Below, one piece after another: positions 1-8,900 of a stretch of 32,000 nt of DNA (position 1 is the stretch's first letter; the number at the start of each line of letters is the position of its first letter). The position numbers and the translations under genes were made by a program. Source of the DNA: Variovorax sp. V213. Lineage in GTDB: Bacteria > Pseudomonadota > Gammaproteobacteria > Burkholderiales > Burkholderiaceae_C. The stretch is taken from positions 1,915,935 to 1,947,934 of the forward strand of contig NZ_AP028664.1 of NCBI RefSeq assembly GCF_041154455.1. The letters are read 5' to 3'. A model generated the notes under the pieces. It was not told the DNA's origin and searched no databases. It saw nothing but the letters and a program-made list of their open reading frames with translations.

Positions 1-3000
1 TAGCCGGCGTCGAGCTGCCTGCGCACCGCTTCCTGCACGAAGTCGGGCTGCCAGCCGAACATGTTCATGCCGAAGCCGTTGAGGGCATCGACGTATTCGT
101 TGCCATCCAGGTCCCATAGCTTCGAACCCTTCGAGCGCTCGATGACGATCTGGTAGGTGATCTCCTTGGTCAGCGGCCGGAAGCCGTTGACCACGCGCGG
201 GTCGGCCATGTGGGGGCGGTTTGCCGCGGTGAACTCCTTGCTCTTGCGGGTGCGTTCCACATAGCGCCGCATGAAGGTCGCCAGCCGGGCCTTCTGCCGG
301 CCGCTCGGCTCGGCGGTGCGCTGGGTGTGAATGCGGGCGATGGCGCCGAACGCCTTGGTGACGTCGTAGCGCACCGGCTCCTTGGGCGCACCGCCTTCGT
401 CGGCGGCGGGCTGCGCCGCAGGGGCCGGCACGGCCTGAGCCGGTGCGGCTGTCGCCGGCGCCGGCTGCAGGAGCACGGTGGACCTGGCGGGGGCGGTGTC
501 CGCTCCCATGCTCGAGAGCAGCGCAAGCTGGTGCCGCATCAGTTCCATCTGCTGCGCGACCAATTGCGCGAGCGGCGTGGCCCCGATGCCGCTGGCGGCT
601 GCCGTCGCATTCATCGGCGACGTGTACGCGGCTGGCTGCATTGCGATGCCGGCTGGCGCGGCCGTGGGCACCGGTGCGGGGACGAAGGCGGGCGATGCCG
701 TGGGTGCGGGTGCCGCAGACACGGGTTCGGGTGGCAGGCTCTCCTGCAGGAATGCGGCAAGCGTGTCGAAGCTGCGGTAGTTCTCCATCAGCTGCCGAAA
801 GCTCAGGTTGACCTTGAAGCGCTTCTTGATCTGCGTGGCAACCTGGGTCAGCGTGAGCGAATCCAGGCCGAGTTCGCCGAAGGCGGCGTGTCCGTCCGCC
901 TGTGCCATGTCGATACCGGAGATGTCCTCGAACAAGGACCGCAGCCGCACGCCCATGGGTTCGGCGGCTGGAGTGGTCGCGGGGGAAAGAAGTGGCGCGG
1001 GCGCAGCAGCTGTCACGGTCGGCTCCAGGATGAGAGGGGGAACGAAGGGCGCAAGCGCGGGCTGTGCGACAGCCGGCGCATCGGCGGGCAGGGCGAGCGG
1101 CGCGGAGGCCGGGCTCGCTGCGGGAGCCGCGATGTCGACCCAGAAACGCTTGCGCTCGAAGGGATAGGTGGGCAGGCGCACGCGCTGTGCGCCGGCGCGA
1201 ACGGCGAGGCGGGACAGCTCCACGTCTGCGCCGCAGGTCCAGAGACGGGCCAGGGCCAGCCGCAGGGTGCGGGCCTCGTCGGCCGGTTCGCCGTGCAGAA
1301 GCGACATCACTTCGCCCGCGCCGTGCTGGCGCACCAGCGTGGCCAGCGTATTGCGCGGGCCGACTTCCACGAAGAGCGGCCGCGCCGCGTGCGCCATGGC
1401 GCCGCGCACCGCCGGCGAGAACTGCACGGTGCTGCGCAGGTGGCGGGCCCAGTACGCCGCGCTGGTGGCTTCCGAATCTTCGAGCAGCCGGCCCGTGAGC
1501 GTCGAGAAGATCGGGACCGTGGGCGCGTGCAGCGCCACTTCGCCGACCAGTGCTTCGAAGGGCGCGACGGCGGCGTCCATCATGAACGAGTGAAATGCGT
1601 GCGAGGTCTGCAGCGGGCGGGCTGCGATGTCGTCCTTCTGCAGCTCGGCCTGCAGGGCTTCGATGGCTTGGAAAGGACCGGCGACCACGCAGGCCGTGGG
1701 GCCGTTGTCCGCGGCAAGCGACAGCGACGGACCGAGCCGGGCCACGAGCTCGCTCGCGCTCATGCGCACCGACAGCATCGCGCCCGCGGGCTGGGCCTGC
1801 ATGAGCGCGCCGCGGCGGGCCACGAGCCGGGCGGCGTCTTCCAGGCGCATCACGCCCGCCAGCACGGCAGCGACGAACTCGCCGACGCTGTGCCCGATGA
1901 GCGCATGCGGCCGCGCACCGAGCGACAGCAGCCGGCGTGCCAGCGCGTATTCGATCGTGAAGATGGCAGGCTGCGTGACGGCCGTGGGCACCAGCGCCTG
2001 GGCGTCGCCGCCGAACATCCGCTCGCGCAGGTCGAAGTCCACCGCGCCGCCGAAGGCCTTGATGCAGGTGTCGAACGCGGCGGCGAACACCGGGTCGTTC
2101 GCATGCAGGTTCTTGCCCATGCCCGGGTACTGGGCGCCCTGGCCCGGGAACATCAGCACCGGCTGCGGCGCACGCGCATCGATGCGGCCGCTGACGCGCC
2201 ACGGCCCGTCGTTGCCGCGCAGCGCGGCCACGGCTTCGGCCGCATCGCTGGCCACCACCGCCCGGCGGAAGGCGTGCGCCTTGCGGCCTACGCCCAGCGT
2301 GTAGGCGACGTCGGCAAGCGGCACGCCGGGCGTTGCCTCGAGGTGCGCCGCAAGCTGTTCCGTCGCCACGGCCAGTGCGGCCTCCGAGCGGGCCGACAGC
2401 GGCAGGACTTGCGGACCCTTGGCGCACGTCGATGCGGGGCGCACGGGTGCTTCTTCGACGACGACGTGCGCGTTGGTTCCGCCGACACCGAAGGAACTGA
2501 CGCCGGCACGGCGCGGTTCGCTGGCGCGCGGCCACGGCTGCAGGCTGGGCGACACGTAGAAGGGCGTGCGCGCGAAGTCGATGGCCGGGTTGGGCGCGCC
2601 GAAGTGCGCGGTCGGCGGAATCACTTCATGGTGCAGCGAGAGGGCGGTCTTGATAAGCCCGGCGGCGCCTGCGGCCGTCACCATGTGGCCCACGTTGCTC
2701 TTGAGCGATCCGAGCGTGCAGTACCCCAGTGCGTCGGTGTGCTCGGCGTAGGCGCAGGTCAGCGCTTCGACTTCGACCGGGTCGCCCATCGGCGTGGCGG
2801 TGCCGTGCGCTTCGACAAACGAAATGCTGCGCGCATCCACGTTGGCTGCCGCAAGCGCCGCACGGATCACCGCCGCCTGCCCGTCCACGCTGGGCGCGGT
2901 GAAGCTGGCCTTGCTGCCGCCGTCGTTGTTGACGCAGGCGCTGCGCAGCACGGCATAGATGGTGTCGCCGTCGGCCTGCGCGTCGGCCAGGCGCTTCAGC

Positions 3001-6000
3001 AGGACCACCGCGGCGCCGTCGCTGAACACCGTGCCCCGGGCCTGCGCATCGAAGCTGCGCGTGCGGCCGTCGGGCGAGAGCATCGAGCCCTCCTGGTAGA
3101 GGTAGCCGCTGCGCGTCGGGCAGGTGACCGATGCGCCGCCCGCCAGCGCCATGTAGCACTGGCCGGTGCGCAGCGCATGGAAGGCATGGGCCACGGCCAC
3201 CAGCGAGGTCGAGCAGGCGGTGTGGACGCTGACTGCGGGCCCCGTCAGGTTGAGCCGGTTGGCCACCCGCGTGGTGATGTAGTCCTTCTCGTTGGCCAGC
3301 ATCACCTGGAACTCGCCGACCGCTTCGATGAGGTCGGGCCGCGTGCTGACGTGGCGCTGGAAGTAGCTCGCGTTGTACATGCCGGCATACACGCCCACGG
3401 GGCCTGGCGCGGCGTCGGGCACATAGCCGGCGCGCTCGAGGCATTCCCAGCAGATCTCGAGGAACACGCGCTGCTGCGGGTCCATCAGCGCGGCCTCCTT
3501 CGGGCCGATGCCGAAGAAGGCGGCGTCGAAGTTCTCGATGCCCTCGATGACGCCGCGGGCCCGCACGTAGGCCGGGTCCGTGCGCAAGGCGTCGCTGACG
3601 CCGGCGTCGAGCGTCTCGTCGTCGAAGAAGCTGATGGTGTCGCGGCCGGCGACGAGGTTGTCCCAGAACTGCTCGACGTCCGCCGCGCCCGGGAAGCGGC
3701 CCGCGGTGGCGATGAGCGCGACGGCGCCCGACAGGTCGGCGCTGTCGGAGGGGCGAAGCGATGCGCGCGGCGCTGCGGCGGCGGGCATGGGCGATGCGGC
3801 TTCGCCGGAGCCCGGCTCCAGCTCAGCCGCCATGGCGCTCGGCGTCGGATGCCGGAAGAAGAGGGTGGTCGACAGCGGCTGGGCACTGTCGCGCTGCAAT
3901 TCGGCCAACACCTGCAGCACCCGCAGCGAATCGCCGCCGAGATCGAAGAAGTTGTCGTGGCGCCCGACCTTGCCGATGTGCAGTGCGCGTGCAAAGGCTT
4001 CGCACACCCGTTGCTCGGTGGCGTTGCGCGCTTCCTCGAACGGCTGCGCCAGTTCGGGGCGGTCGCCCACCGGTTCGGGCAGCGCCCTGCGGTCGAGCTT
4101 GCCGTTGGGCGTGACCGGAAGCTGGTCGAGCCACACCTGGGCGGAGGGCAGCAGCGCCGCCGGCAGCCGTGCGGCCAAGTGCGTGCGCAGCGCGTCCCAC
4201 GAAACCTTGTGCGAGCGCGCGACGAGGTAGGCCACCAGGCGCAGTTGCCCGTCGGCATCGGGCCGCGCCACCACGGCGCAGGACTGCACGGCCGGATGGG
4301 CGAGGACGGCCATCTCGACCTCGCCGGTCTCGATGCGGTGGCCGTGGATCTTGACCTGGCCGTCGCGGCGCCCGATGAATTCGATCGTGCCGTCGGGCAG
4401 CCAGCGCGCAAGGTCACCGGTGCGGTAGAGGCGATCGCCCGCTTGGCCGAACGGATCGGGCACGAAGCGTTCTTCCGTCAGCTGCGGCTGCCGCAGATAG
4501 CCGCGCGCCAGTCCGTGGCCGCCGATGCAGAGCTCGCCGATCAGGCCCGTCGGCAGCAGCGCCATCGAGGGGCTCAGCACGCGCAGCACGGTGTCCTTGA
4601 TCGGCCGGCCGAGCGGCACCGAACGCAGGTCCGATGGCAGCGCATGGGGAATGCGGTAAGTGGCTGCGAAGGTCGTGCATTCGGTGGGCCCGTAACCGTT
4701 GCTCAATGCGAGGCCCGGGAGCGCAGCCAGCGCGCGCCGCACGTGGGGCACCGAGAGCGCCTCGCCGCCGGTGATGAGATGCCGAAGGCCCGAGAGATGC
4801 GCAGGGTCGTCGTCGATCACCGCGTTGAACAGCGCGGCCGTCAGCCAGGCGGTGTGCACGTCGTGGCGAGCGATGGTGGCGGCAAGGCCTGCGCCCGTGG
4901 GCACGCGCTCGCCGTGAACGACGCAGCAGCCGCCATTGAGCAGCGGACCCCAGACTTCGAGCGTGGCGGCATCGAAGCCGAGCGGCGCGGCGTGCAGCAT
5001 GGCGCGCCCTGGTGCCAGATCGGCGTATTCCACGTCGACGACAAGGCGCAGGATCGCGCGGTGGCAGATCTCGATGCCCTTGGGCATGCCCGTGGAACCC
5101 GAGGTGTACATCACGTACGCCACCGATTCGCCGTCGATGTCCGGTGCGCGCCAAGGGGTGAGTTCGGCCGCCTCGGGCTCATCGAGCAGCAGCGCGGTCC
5201 GGGACTCGGGCACGAGGTGGCGGTGCGCCGATGTGGCGATCACCTGGCGTGCGTCCGCCTCGTCCAGCATGTATGCGATGCGCTCCGGCGGAAAATCCAC
5301 CGGCACCGGCACATAGGCGGCGCCTGCCTTGAGGATGCCGAGCTGCGCCACCACGGCGTCCATCGACCGCTCGAGCACCAGGCCCACGCTGTCGCCCGCA
5401 CGCACGCCCAGGTGCTGGAGGCGGTGCGCAAGCCGGTCCGACTGCCGGTCGAGCTCGCCATAGCTCATCTGCGCATCGCTCTCCGCGAGGGCGACGGCAT
5501 CGGGCGCGGCAGCGGCCCGGCGGGCGAACATCTCGACCACGGTGAGGCTGCGGTCCAGCGCAGACAGCGCGGCGTTCCAGGTTGACAGCTGCTGCTCGCG
5601 GTCGGCGGCAGAGAGGGTGCGAATGTCGCCGAGAGGAGCGCCGGTGCGATCCATCAGGTCGGCGGCAGTGTCGGCGATGGCCGCGAGCAGTTGCGCTGCC
5701 GTTGCCGGGTCCAGGAGGGTCGCCGCCGCTTCGGCATGAAGACGCGGCGTGCCCGAAGCGGTGGACAGCCAAAGATGAAGAGGGGCCTGGGAATCGGCGG
5801 CGCTGGCGTTGCCGCTCAGCCAGAGCGAGCTCGGTGTCGCTCCGGACGGGTTCGCAGCCGCTGCGCGGCGTCGCTCGTCGAGCGTGGCCAGCCAGTTGCT
5901 GGCCGTCTGGCCGGGATCAAAGGCGGCGGCAATCGCCGTTCGGCTCGCCGCCGGTTCCGATCCGCTCCTGGAAATCTCGTGGAGGACGGGCTCCTGCGTG

Positions 6001-6230
6001 CCGAGCCAGCGGGCCTGCAACAGGAGCCAGGCGGCCGCAAAAGGGGTATCGGGCAACTGCGCCGAGGCCTCGATCCATCGGGTCCAGCGCAGTGCATTTT
6101 CCGGGTCGATCTCCAGTGCACCGCCGATCCGCTCGGCCTTTTTTTTTGAATTCAAGCGCAACGCAAATACATCTTCCAATGGAAGATGGAGGGGCGCGAA
6201 TTGCACCGGCAATACGGATGGGGATTTCAT
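1..6230 (-). CDS. hybrid NRPS-PKS megasynthase (C-terminal half of a C domain, A, T, KS, AT, ACP, class-III aminotransferase); 3' end continues beyond the window
   Basis: Frame fixed by hand translation of the minus strand, with ATG at 6230-6228. It has no in-window stop, so it is absent from the ORF track. Motifs read directly: A domain YVMYTSGSTGMPKG (~5076-5120), NGYGPTECTT (~4671-4703), YRTGD (~4413-4430), PNGKLDRRAL (~4081-4118). Carrier FFDLGGDSL (Ser codon 3927-3929). KS VHTACSTSLVAV (Cys codon 3213-3215), EAHGTATPMGD, KSNVGH. AT GHSVGE (~1880-1900) and HAFH (1590-1601). ACP LGLDSL (Ser codon 858-860). Aminotransferase start ERSKGSKLWDLDGNEYVDALNGFGMNMFG (~61-147). Confidence 0.93.
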   Translation of the reverse strand, partial: MKSPSVLPVQFAPLHLPLEDVFALRLNSKKKAERIGGALEIDPENALRWTRWIEASAQLPDTPFAAAWLLLQARWLGTQEPVLHEISRSGSEPAASRTAIAAAFDPGQTASNWLATLDERRRAAAANPSGATPSSLWLSGNASAADSQAPLHLWLSTASGTPRLHAEAAATLLDPATAAQLLAAIADTAADLMDRTGAPLGDIRTLSAADREQQLSTWNAALSALDRSLTVVEMFARRAAAAPDAVALAESDAQMSYGELDRQSDRLAHRLQHLGVRAGDSVGLVLERSMDAVVAQLGILKAGAAYVPVPVDFPPERIAYMLDEADARQVIATSAHRHLVPESRTALLLDEPEAAELTPWRAPDIDGESVAYVMYTSGSTGMPKGIEICHRAILRLVVDVEYADLAPGRAMLHAAPLGFDAATLEVWGPLLNGGCCVVHGERVPTGAGLAATIARHDVHTAWLTAALFNAVIDDDPAHLSGLRHLITGGEALSVPHVRRALAALPGLALSNGYGPTECTTFAATYRIPHALPSDLRSVPLGRPIKDTVLRVLSPSMALLPTGLIGELCIGGHGLARGYLRQPQLTEERFVPDPFGQAGDRLYRTGDLARWLPDGTIEFIGRRDGQVKIHGHRIETGEVEMAVLAHPAVQSCAVVARPDADGQLRLVAYLVARSHKVSWDALRTHLAARLPAALLPSAQVWLDQLPVTPNGKLDRRALPEPVGDRPELAQPFEEARNATEQRVCEAFARALHIGKVGRHDNFFDLGGDSLRVLQVLAELQRDSAQPLSTTLFFRHPTPSAMAAELEPGSGEAASPMPAAAAPRASLRPSDSADLSGAVALIATAGRFPGAADVEQFWDNLVAGRDTISFFDDETLDAGVSDALRTDPAYVRARGVIEGIENFDAAFFGIGPKEAALMDPQQRVFLEICWECLERAGYVPDAAPGPVGVYAGMYNASYFQRHVSTRPDLIEAVGEFQVMLANEKDYITTRVANRLNLTGPAVSVHTACSTSLVAVAHAFHALRTGQCYMALAGGASVTCPTRSGYLYQEGSMLSPDGRTRSFDAQARGTVFSDGAAVVLLKRLADAQADGDTIYAVLRSACVNNDGGSKASFTAPSVDGQAAVIRAALAAANVDARSISFVEAHGTATPMGDPVEVEALTCAYAEHTDALGYCTLGSLKSNVGHMVTAAGAAGLIKTALSLHHEVIPPTAHFGAPNPAIDFARTPFYVSPSLQPWPRASEPRRAGVSSFGVGGTNAHVVVEEAPVRPASTCAKGPQVLPLSARSEAALAVATEQLAAHLEATPGVPLADVAYTLGVGRKAHAFRRAVVASDAAEAVAALRGNDGPWRVSGRIDARAPQPVLMFPGQGAQYPGMGKNLHANDPVFAAAFDTCIKAFGGAVDFDLRERMFGGDAQALVPTAVTQPAIFTIEYALARRLLSLGARPHALIGHSVGEFVAAVLAGVMRLEDAARLVARRGALMQAQPAGAMLSVRMSASELVARLGPSLSLAADNGPTACVVAGPFQAIEALQAELQKDDIAARPLQTSHAFHSFMMDAAVAPFEALVGEVALHAPTVPIFSTLTGRLLEDSEATSAAYWARHLRSTVQFSPAVRGAMAHAARPLFVEVGPRNTLATLVRQHGAGEVMSLLHGEPADEARTLRLALARLWTCGADVELSRLAVRAGAQRVRLPTYPFERKRFWVDIAAPAASPASAPLALPADAPAVAQPALAPFVPPLILEPTVTAAAPAPLLSPATTPAAEPMGVRLRSLFEDISGIDMAQADGHAAFGELGLDSLTLTQVATQIKKRFKVNLSFRQLMENYRSFDTLAAFLQESLPPEPVSAAPAPTASPAFVPAPVPTAAPAGIAMQPAAYTSPMNATAAASGIGATPLAQLVAQQMELMRHQLALLSSMGADTAPARSTVLLQPAPATAAPAQAVPAPAAQPAADEGGAPKEPVRYDVTKAFGAIARIHTQRTAEPSGRQKARLATFMRRYVERTRKSKEFTAANRPHMADPRVVNGFRPLTKEITYQIVIERSKGSKLWDLDGNEYVDALNGFGMNMFGWQPDFVQEAVRRQLDAG

Positions 6231-7149
6231 GGGAGAGATGTAATAAGAAATGCATGCAATAGATCAGCAGCGATTTACACATCATTAAGAAAAATGTATG
6301 TAGTACGTAGGTTTGTATTTCGCTGGTAATCCTAGAGACTTTGCTTGCGGCGGAGTAGCTGAAAACTCATCAAGTTGCATTCCCGAAACGATCGTTACAT
6401 AACCGTACTACCTTAGATCGCGTGAATAGGGTAGCCAGCGCCTTTACCGCTGAGTTGCGAGCCGAACGCAGGCCCGGCGGGTCCGGGTTTTCCTATCTGC
6501 GCGGCGCCGCCTTTTCACAGAAAAGCTTTTAGCCATGGAAGTCACTGTAGAAATTGCGCCCGCCACCCGCATGAGCGATGCGCCCCCTTTTGAAGGAGAC
6601 AATCGCCCCCTTTCCGCGGTCCACAACCATGACAAAGCGCCTGCCACTGGACGCGTCTGGTTCGGCGGAATTTGCCGGTGCCCAGGCGTGCGCCCCACCC
6701 AGGCGGTGACTCAATTTCGGTAGAGAAGGCAGGGGATGGCTAGATCCGATTTCAGGGGATCGAGGGCAGGAGAGAGGTCCTGCTGACTATTGGGTAGATG
6801 CGGTTCCCGCGGGAGAGCGCGACGGATCCGGGCCGCCGGTACTTACTACCTACGGCCTATGCAACTCGCAATTAAGCGGTACCAGATTTGTTATGAACTA
6901 CCCGAATTCTGTAATAGTTTTAAAAAATTCGGCAAGGAATCCGGGAGTCGTGTGATTCTCTGCAACAACTTGACTTGTTAGGCTGGGGTTTTTGTTGAAG
7001 GCCGCGAAATGCGAGGCGATATCTAATTGCCAATGTGTCCTCGAACTTTTTGGAAGCTGATTCCATTCGAAGCTCGAACGGGCCTCCAGCGCGATCACTG
7101 CCAATGCAACCTATTTCGGCAACCTTCAATGGGCCTAGGAATATCTGGG

Positions 7150-7381
7150 TTACCGCCACCGGCACTTCAAGAGCAGGTGGCTGGCCGCTGGCGGCGACTG
7201 GACGGGGAAGGTGGTTGTCGATCTCGGCTGCGGGCCGGGCAACATCTTTGCCACGCTCGGTGGAAAGCCCAACTGCTGGGCGGGGTGGATGTGGCCCCCG
7301 GTTCGCCGGGCAGGTCTCATCACGTTCAGGTCGCTACTGCGATTGCGAACCTGTGGTGCTCTGACGACCTTGCTGGACATC
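7150..7381 (+). pseudogene. frameshifted, truncated fragment of a class-I SAM-dependent methyltransferase
   Basis: SAM-binding motif I GKVVVDLGCGPGNIF (from 7205) lies in one frame. The flanking ...ALQEQVAGRWRRLDGEG (upstream) and LLGGVDVAPGS (7273-7305, the usual post-motif-I strand) lie in another frame, so at least two frame changes are needed. The reading frames end at the att repeat at 7382. There is no intact ORF. Confidence 0.4.
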
Positions 7382-7399
7382 TGGAGCGGGTGAAGGGAA
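7382..7399. repeat. distal att direct repeat (TGGAGCGGGTGAAGGGAA), a displaced copy of the tRNA-Gly 3' end
   Basis: Exact 18/18 match to 20882-20899. Flanking bases differ on both sides (c/a before, g/t after). Confidence 0.8.
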
Positions 7400-7512
7400 G
7401 CTAAGTGTGGCTTGGAAGCCGCATTCAGCCTAGGTTTTTGCTGTTTGATCGCTCAGTGTTCCCCCTTGTGTTCCCCGTTCTTGCCGGTCCGATTCGCCAT
7501 GGTCTTTTAGAG

Positions 7513-7542
7513 GAGAAGAAAAAGCCCGCGCGAAGGCGGGCT
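7513..7542 (-). terminator. intrinsic-terminator-like hairpin with U-tract (minus strand)
   Basis: Stem aGCCCGC (7523-7529) pairs with GCGGGCt (7536-7542), loop gcgaag. On the minus strand it is followed by TTTTTCTTCTC (complement of 7513-7523). Confidence 0.5.
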
Positions 7543-7844
7543 GTATCCAACTTGTCGAAGTTGGCACCTTCTTCCGTTGCCGGGGGAAGGGCGGCGGCAG
7601 TGTGGTCAGAACAAGTTCAACTGACCAGGCATCGAGCGGCAATGCTCACAAACGTTCTCCAGCCGGCCGAAGCGGAAGCGAACGTAAGGGCGCACATGCA
7701 CACTCCGCGGGTACATACATGCAGGCATGTCGTGTCCTTTGTAGTGTTATCGACAGCGACCTTGCCCTACCAACACCGCAGCGTTTAAACTGTGGTTGTC
7801 CCTCAGAAAGACACATTGGTGGGCGGTCACACGCAAACCTGACG

Positions 7845-7871
7845 AAGCCTCTAGCTCATACCTAGAGGCTT
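7845..7871. terminator. 10-bp perfect hairpin just downstream of the 7887-8519 gene; T-tract only on the plus strand
   Basis: AAGCCTCTAG (7845-7854), loop ctcatac, CTAGAGGCTT (7862-7871), then ttgtcgttg on the plus strand. It lies 15 nt past the stop of the minus-strand gene. Confidence 0.45.
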
Positions 7872-7886
7872 TTGTCGTTGATGGCT

Positions 7887-8519
7887 TCATAGCTCATCGT
7901 CGTCTCCTTTTTGAGGTACATCATTTTCCGCAAGGTCTTGTTGTGCCGTAGGGGCCAGTGCGGCGTTATCTATCGAAGGAAACGGTGCCGACGCTAAGCT
8001 CCACCCAAGCTTCCGATCTGAATGCAGGTGCGGCGTCTCCGACATGATCTGAACTAACCGATGCAAGGGGTTCTTAATTCCACTGAAATCGACGTTCTGC
8101 GCAGACAACTCATCAAAGATCGCTTTCGTCGCTAGTGGTCGTCCAGGACGCAGCAAATTCTCAATCCGCCGTATCACGTCGGCACGCCACGCTCGCCGGC
8201 TTTGAAAAACCTGCTGCATTGGCGAGGATGTGGGCGGTCCGCCGCCGAAGAGCATTGGGCGACCTATAAGAATTGCTGCTGCTGTCGCAGCAGAGATCGG
8301 AGGGGTAGACGGGCTGGTCGGCTGCAGTTCTATCAGCGCCTTTGCCGAGAGCGCTGCGACGATCTTGTGCCGTTTGGCTAGAAGTGCGTCCACGCGTGCG
8401 CGCGCCAGCGTCACGGCTTCCACCAGTCGCTGGTGATCGGCTTCAGCACGGGCAACCTCGCCCTCCACCTGCTGCAGGAGTAGCTGCATGCCTTCGACCA
8501 CGATGTCTTCGTCTGCCAT
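7887..8519 (-). CDS. hypothetical protein: N-terminal coiled-coil, Pro/Ser/Ala linker, C-terminal winged-helix-like (HARE-HTH-like pattern) region
   Basis: ORF 7887..8600 in the track. The ATG at 8519 (MADEDIVVEG...) is preferred over the upstream TTG. The C-terminal segment ADVIRRIENLLRPGRPLATKAIFDELSAQNVDFSGIKNPLHRLVQIMSETPHLHSDRKLGWSL resembles the HARE-HTH pattern by eye. G+C is lower than in the core genes, and an AT-rich 114-bp region lies upstream. Confidence 0.6.
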   Translation of the reverse strand: MADEDIVVEGMQLLLQQVEGEVARAEADHQRLVEAVTLARARVDALLAKRHKIVAALSAKALIELQPTSPSTPPISAATAAAILIGRPMLFGGGPPTSSPMQQVFQSRRAWRADVIRRIENLLRPGRPLATKAIFDELSAQNVDFSGIKNPLHRLVQIMSETPHLHSDRKLGWSLASAPFPSIDNAALAPTAQQDLAENDVPQKGDDDEL

Positions 8520-8633
8520 TCGCCGGATTATTGCAGAGAAGAGACGAAGACGGAGACAAAATGTTCTTGATGGAGAACTATTTTGCGATAGAAAAGACAA
8601 ATCGCATGTGTTCTTGTCCAGTAGGGTAAATTA

Positions 8634-8900
8634 CTAGGCTCCCCGGGAAAGCCACCGCTGCACACCTTGTCGGTCAATGAATACATGGCCGTCCGGCGCC
8701 CGCAAATACTCGCGCCCTTCGAGCCATACCCCCTCTTTGATCTTCGACCGGATGGCGGCCTCGCTGTAGCCGCTGACTACGGCATGGAGCTTGATCGTCA
8801 CGAATCGATCAGGTGCTAGGTACACGGGGCAAGGCGAGACCTCGCATGCCACGTGCGCCGCAACGGAACGCGCAAATGCGTCGAATGCCTCTTCGATCAT
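8634..8900 (-). CDS. excisionase-like DNA-binding protein (lambda-Xis-like winged helix at the C terminus)
   Basis: 88 aa. RFVTIKLHAVVSGYSEAAIRSKIKEGVWLEGREYLRAPDGHVFIDRQGVQRW fits the excisionase-like pattern (HTH, then G.W.EGREY..AP.G...ID..GV.RW). The start overlaps the upstream stop as ATGA (8897-8900). Confidence 0.7.
   Translation of the reverse strand: MIEEAFDAFARSVAAHVACEVSPCPVYLAPDRFVTIKLHAVVSGYSEAAIRSKIKEGVWLEGREYLRAPDGHVFIDRQGVQRWLSRGA

Noticed and set aside
210-5585. 1791-aa plus-strand ORF, the longest in the track
   Set aside because: It is Arg/Gly/Ala/His-rich with no motifs. The opposite strand in a fixed frame reads perfect NRPS/PKS motifs (TACSTS, GHSVGE, GGDSL, SGSTGMPKG). 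This is the antisense shadow ORF typical of high-GC genes.
6430-6470. tRNA-like D-arm string (reverse complement ...CTCAGCGGTAAAGGCG...)
   Set aside because: I could not fold a cloverleaf: there is no T-arm GTTCGAATC-like box and no matching acceptor stem. At most it is a degenerate relic.
7405-7865. 127-aa and 87-aa plus-strand ORFs at the island's left end
   Set aside because: They have no SD, an Arg/His/Ser-rich composition and run through two hairpins. The region is treated as non-coding.
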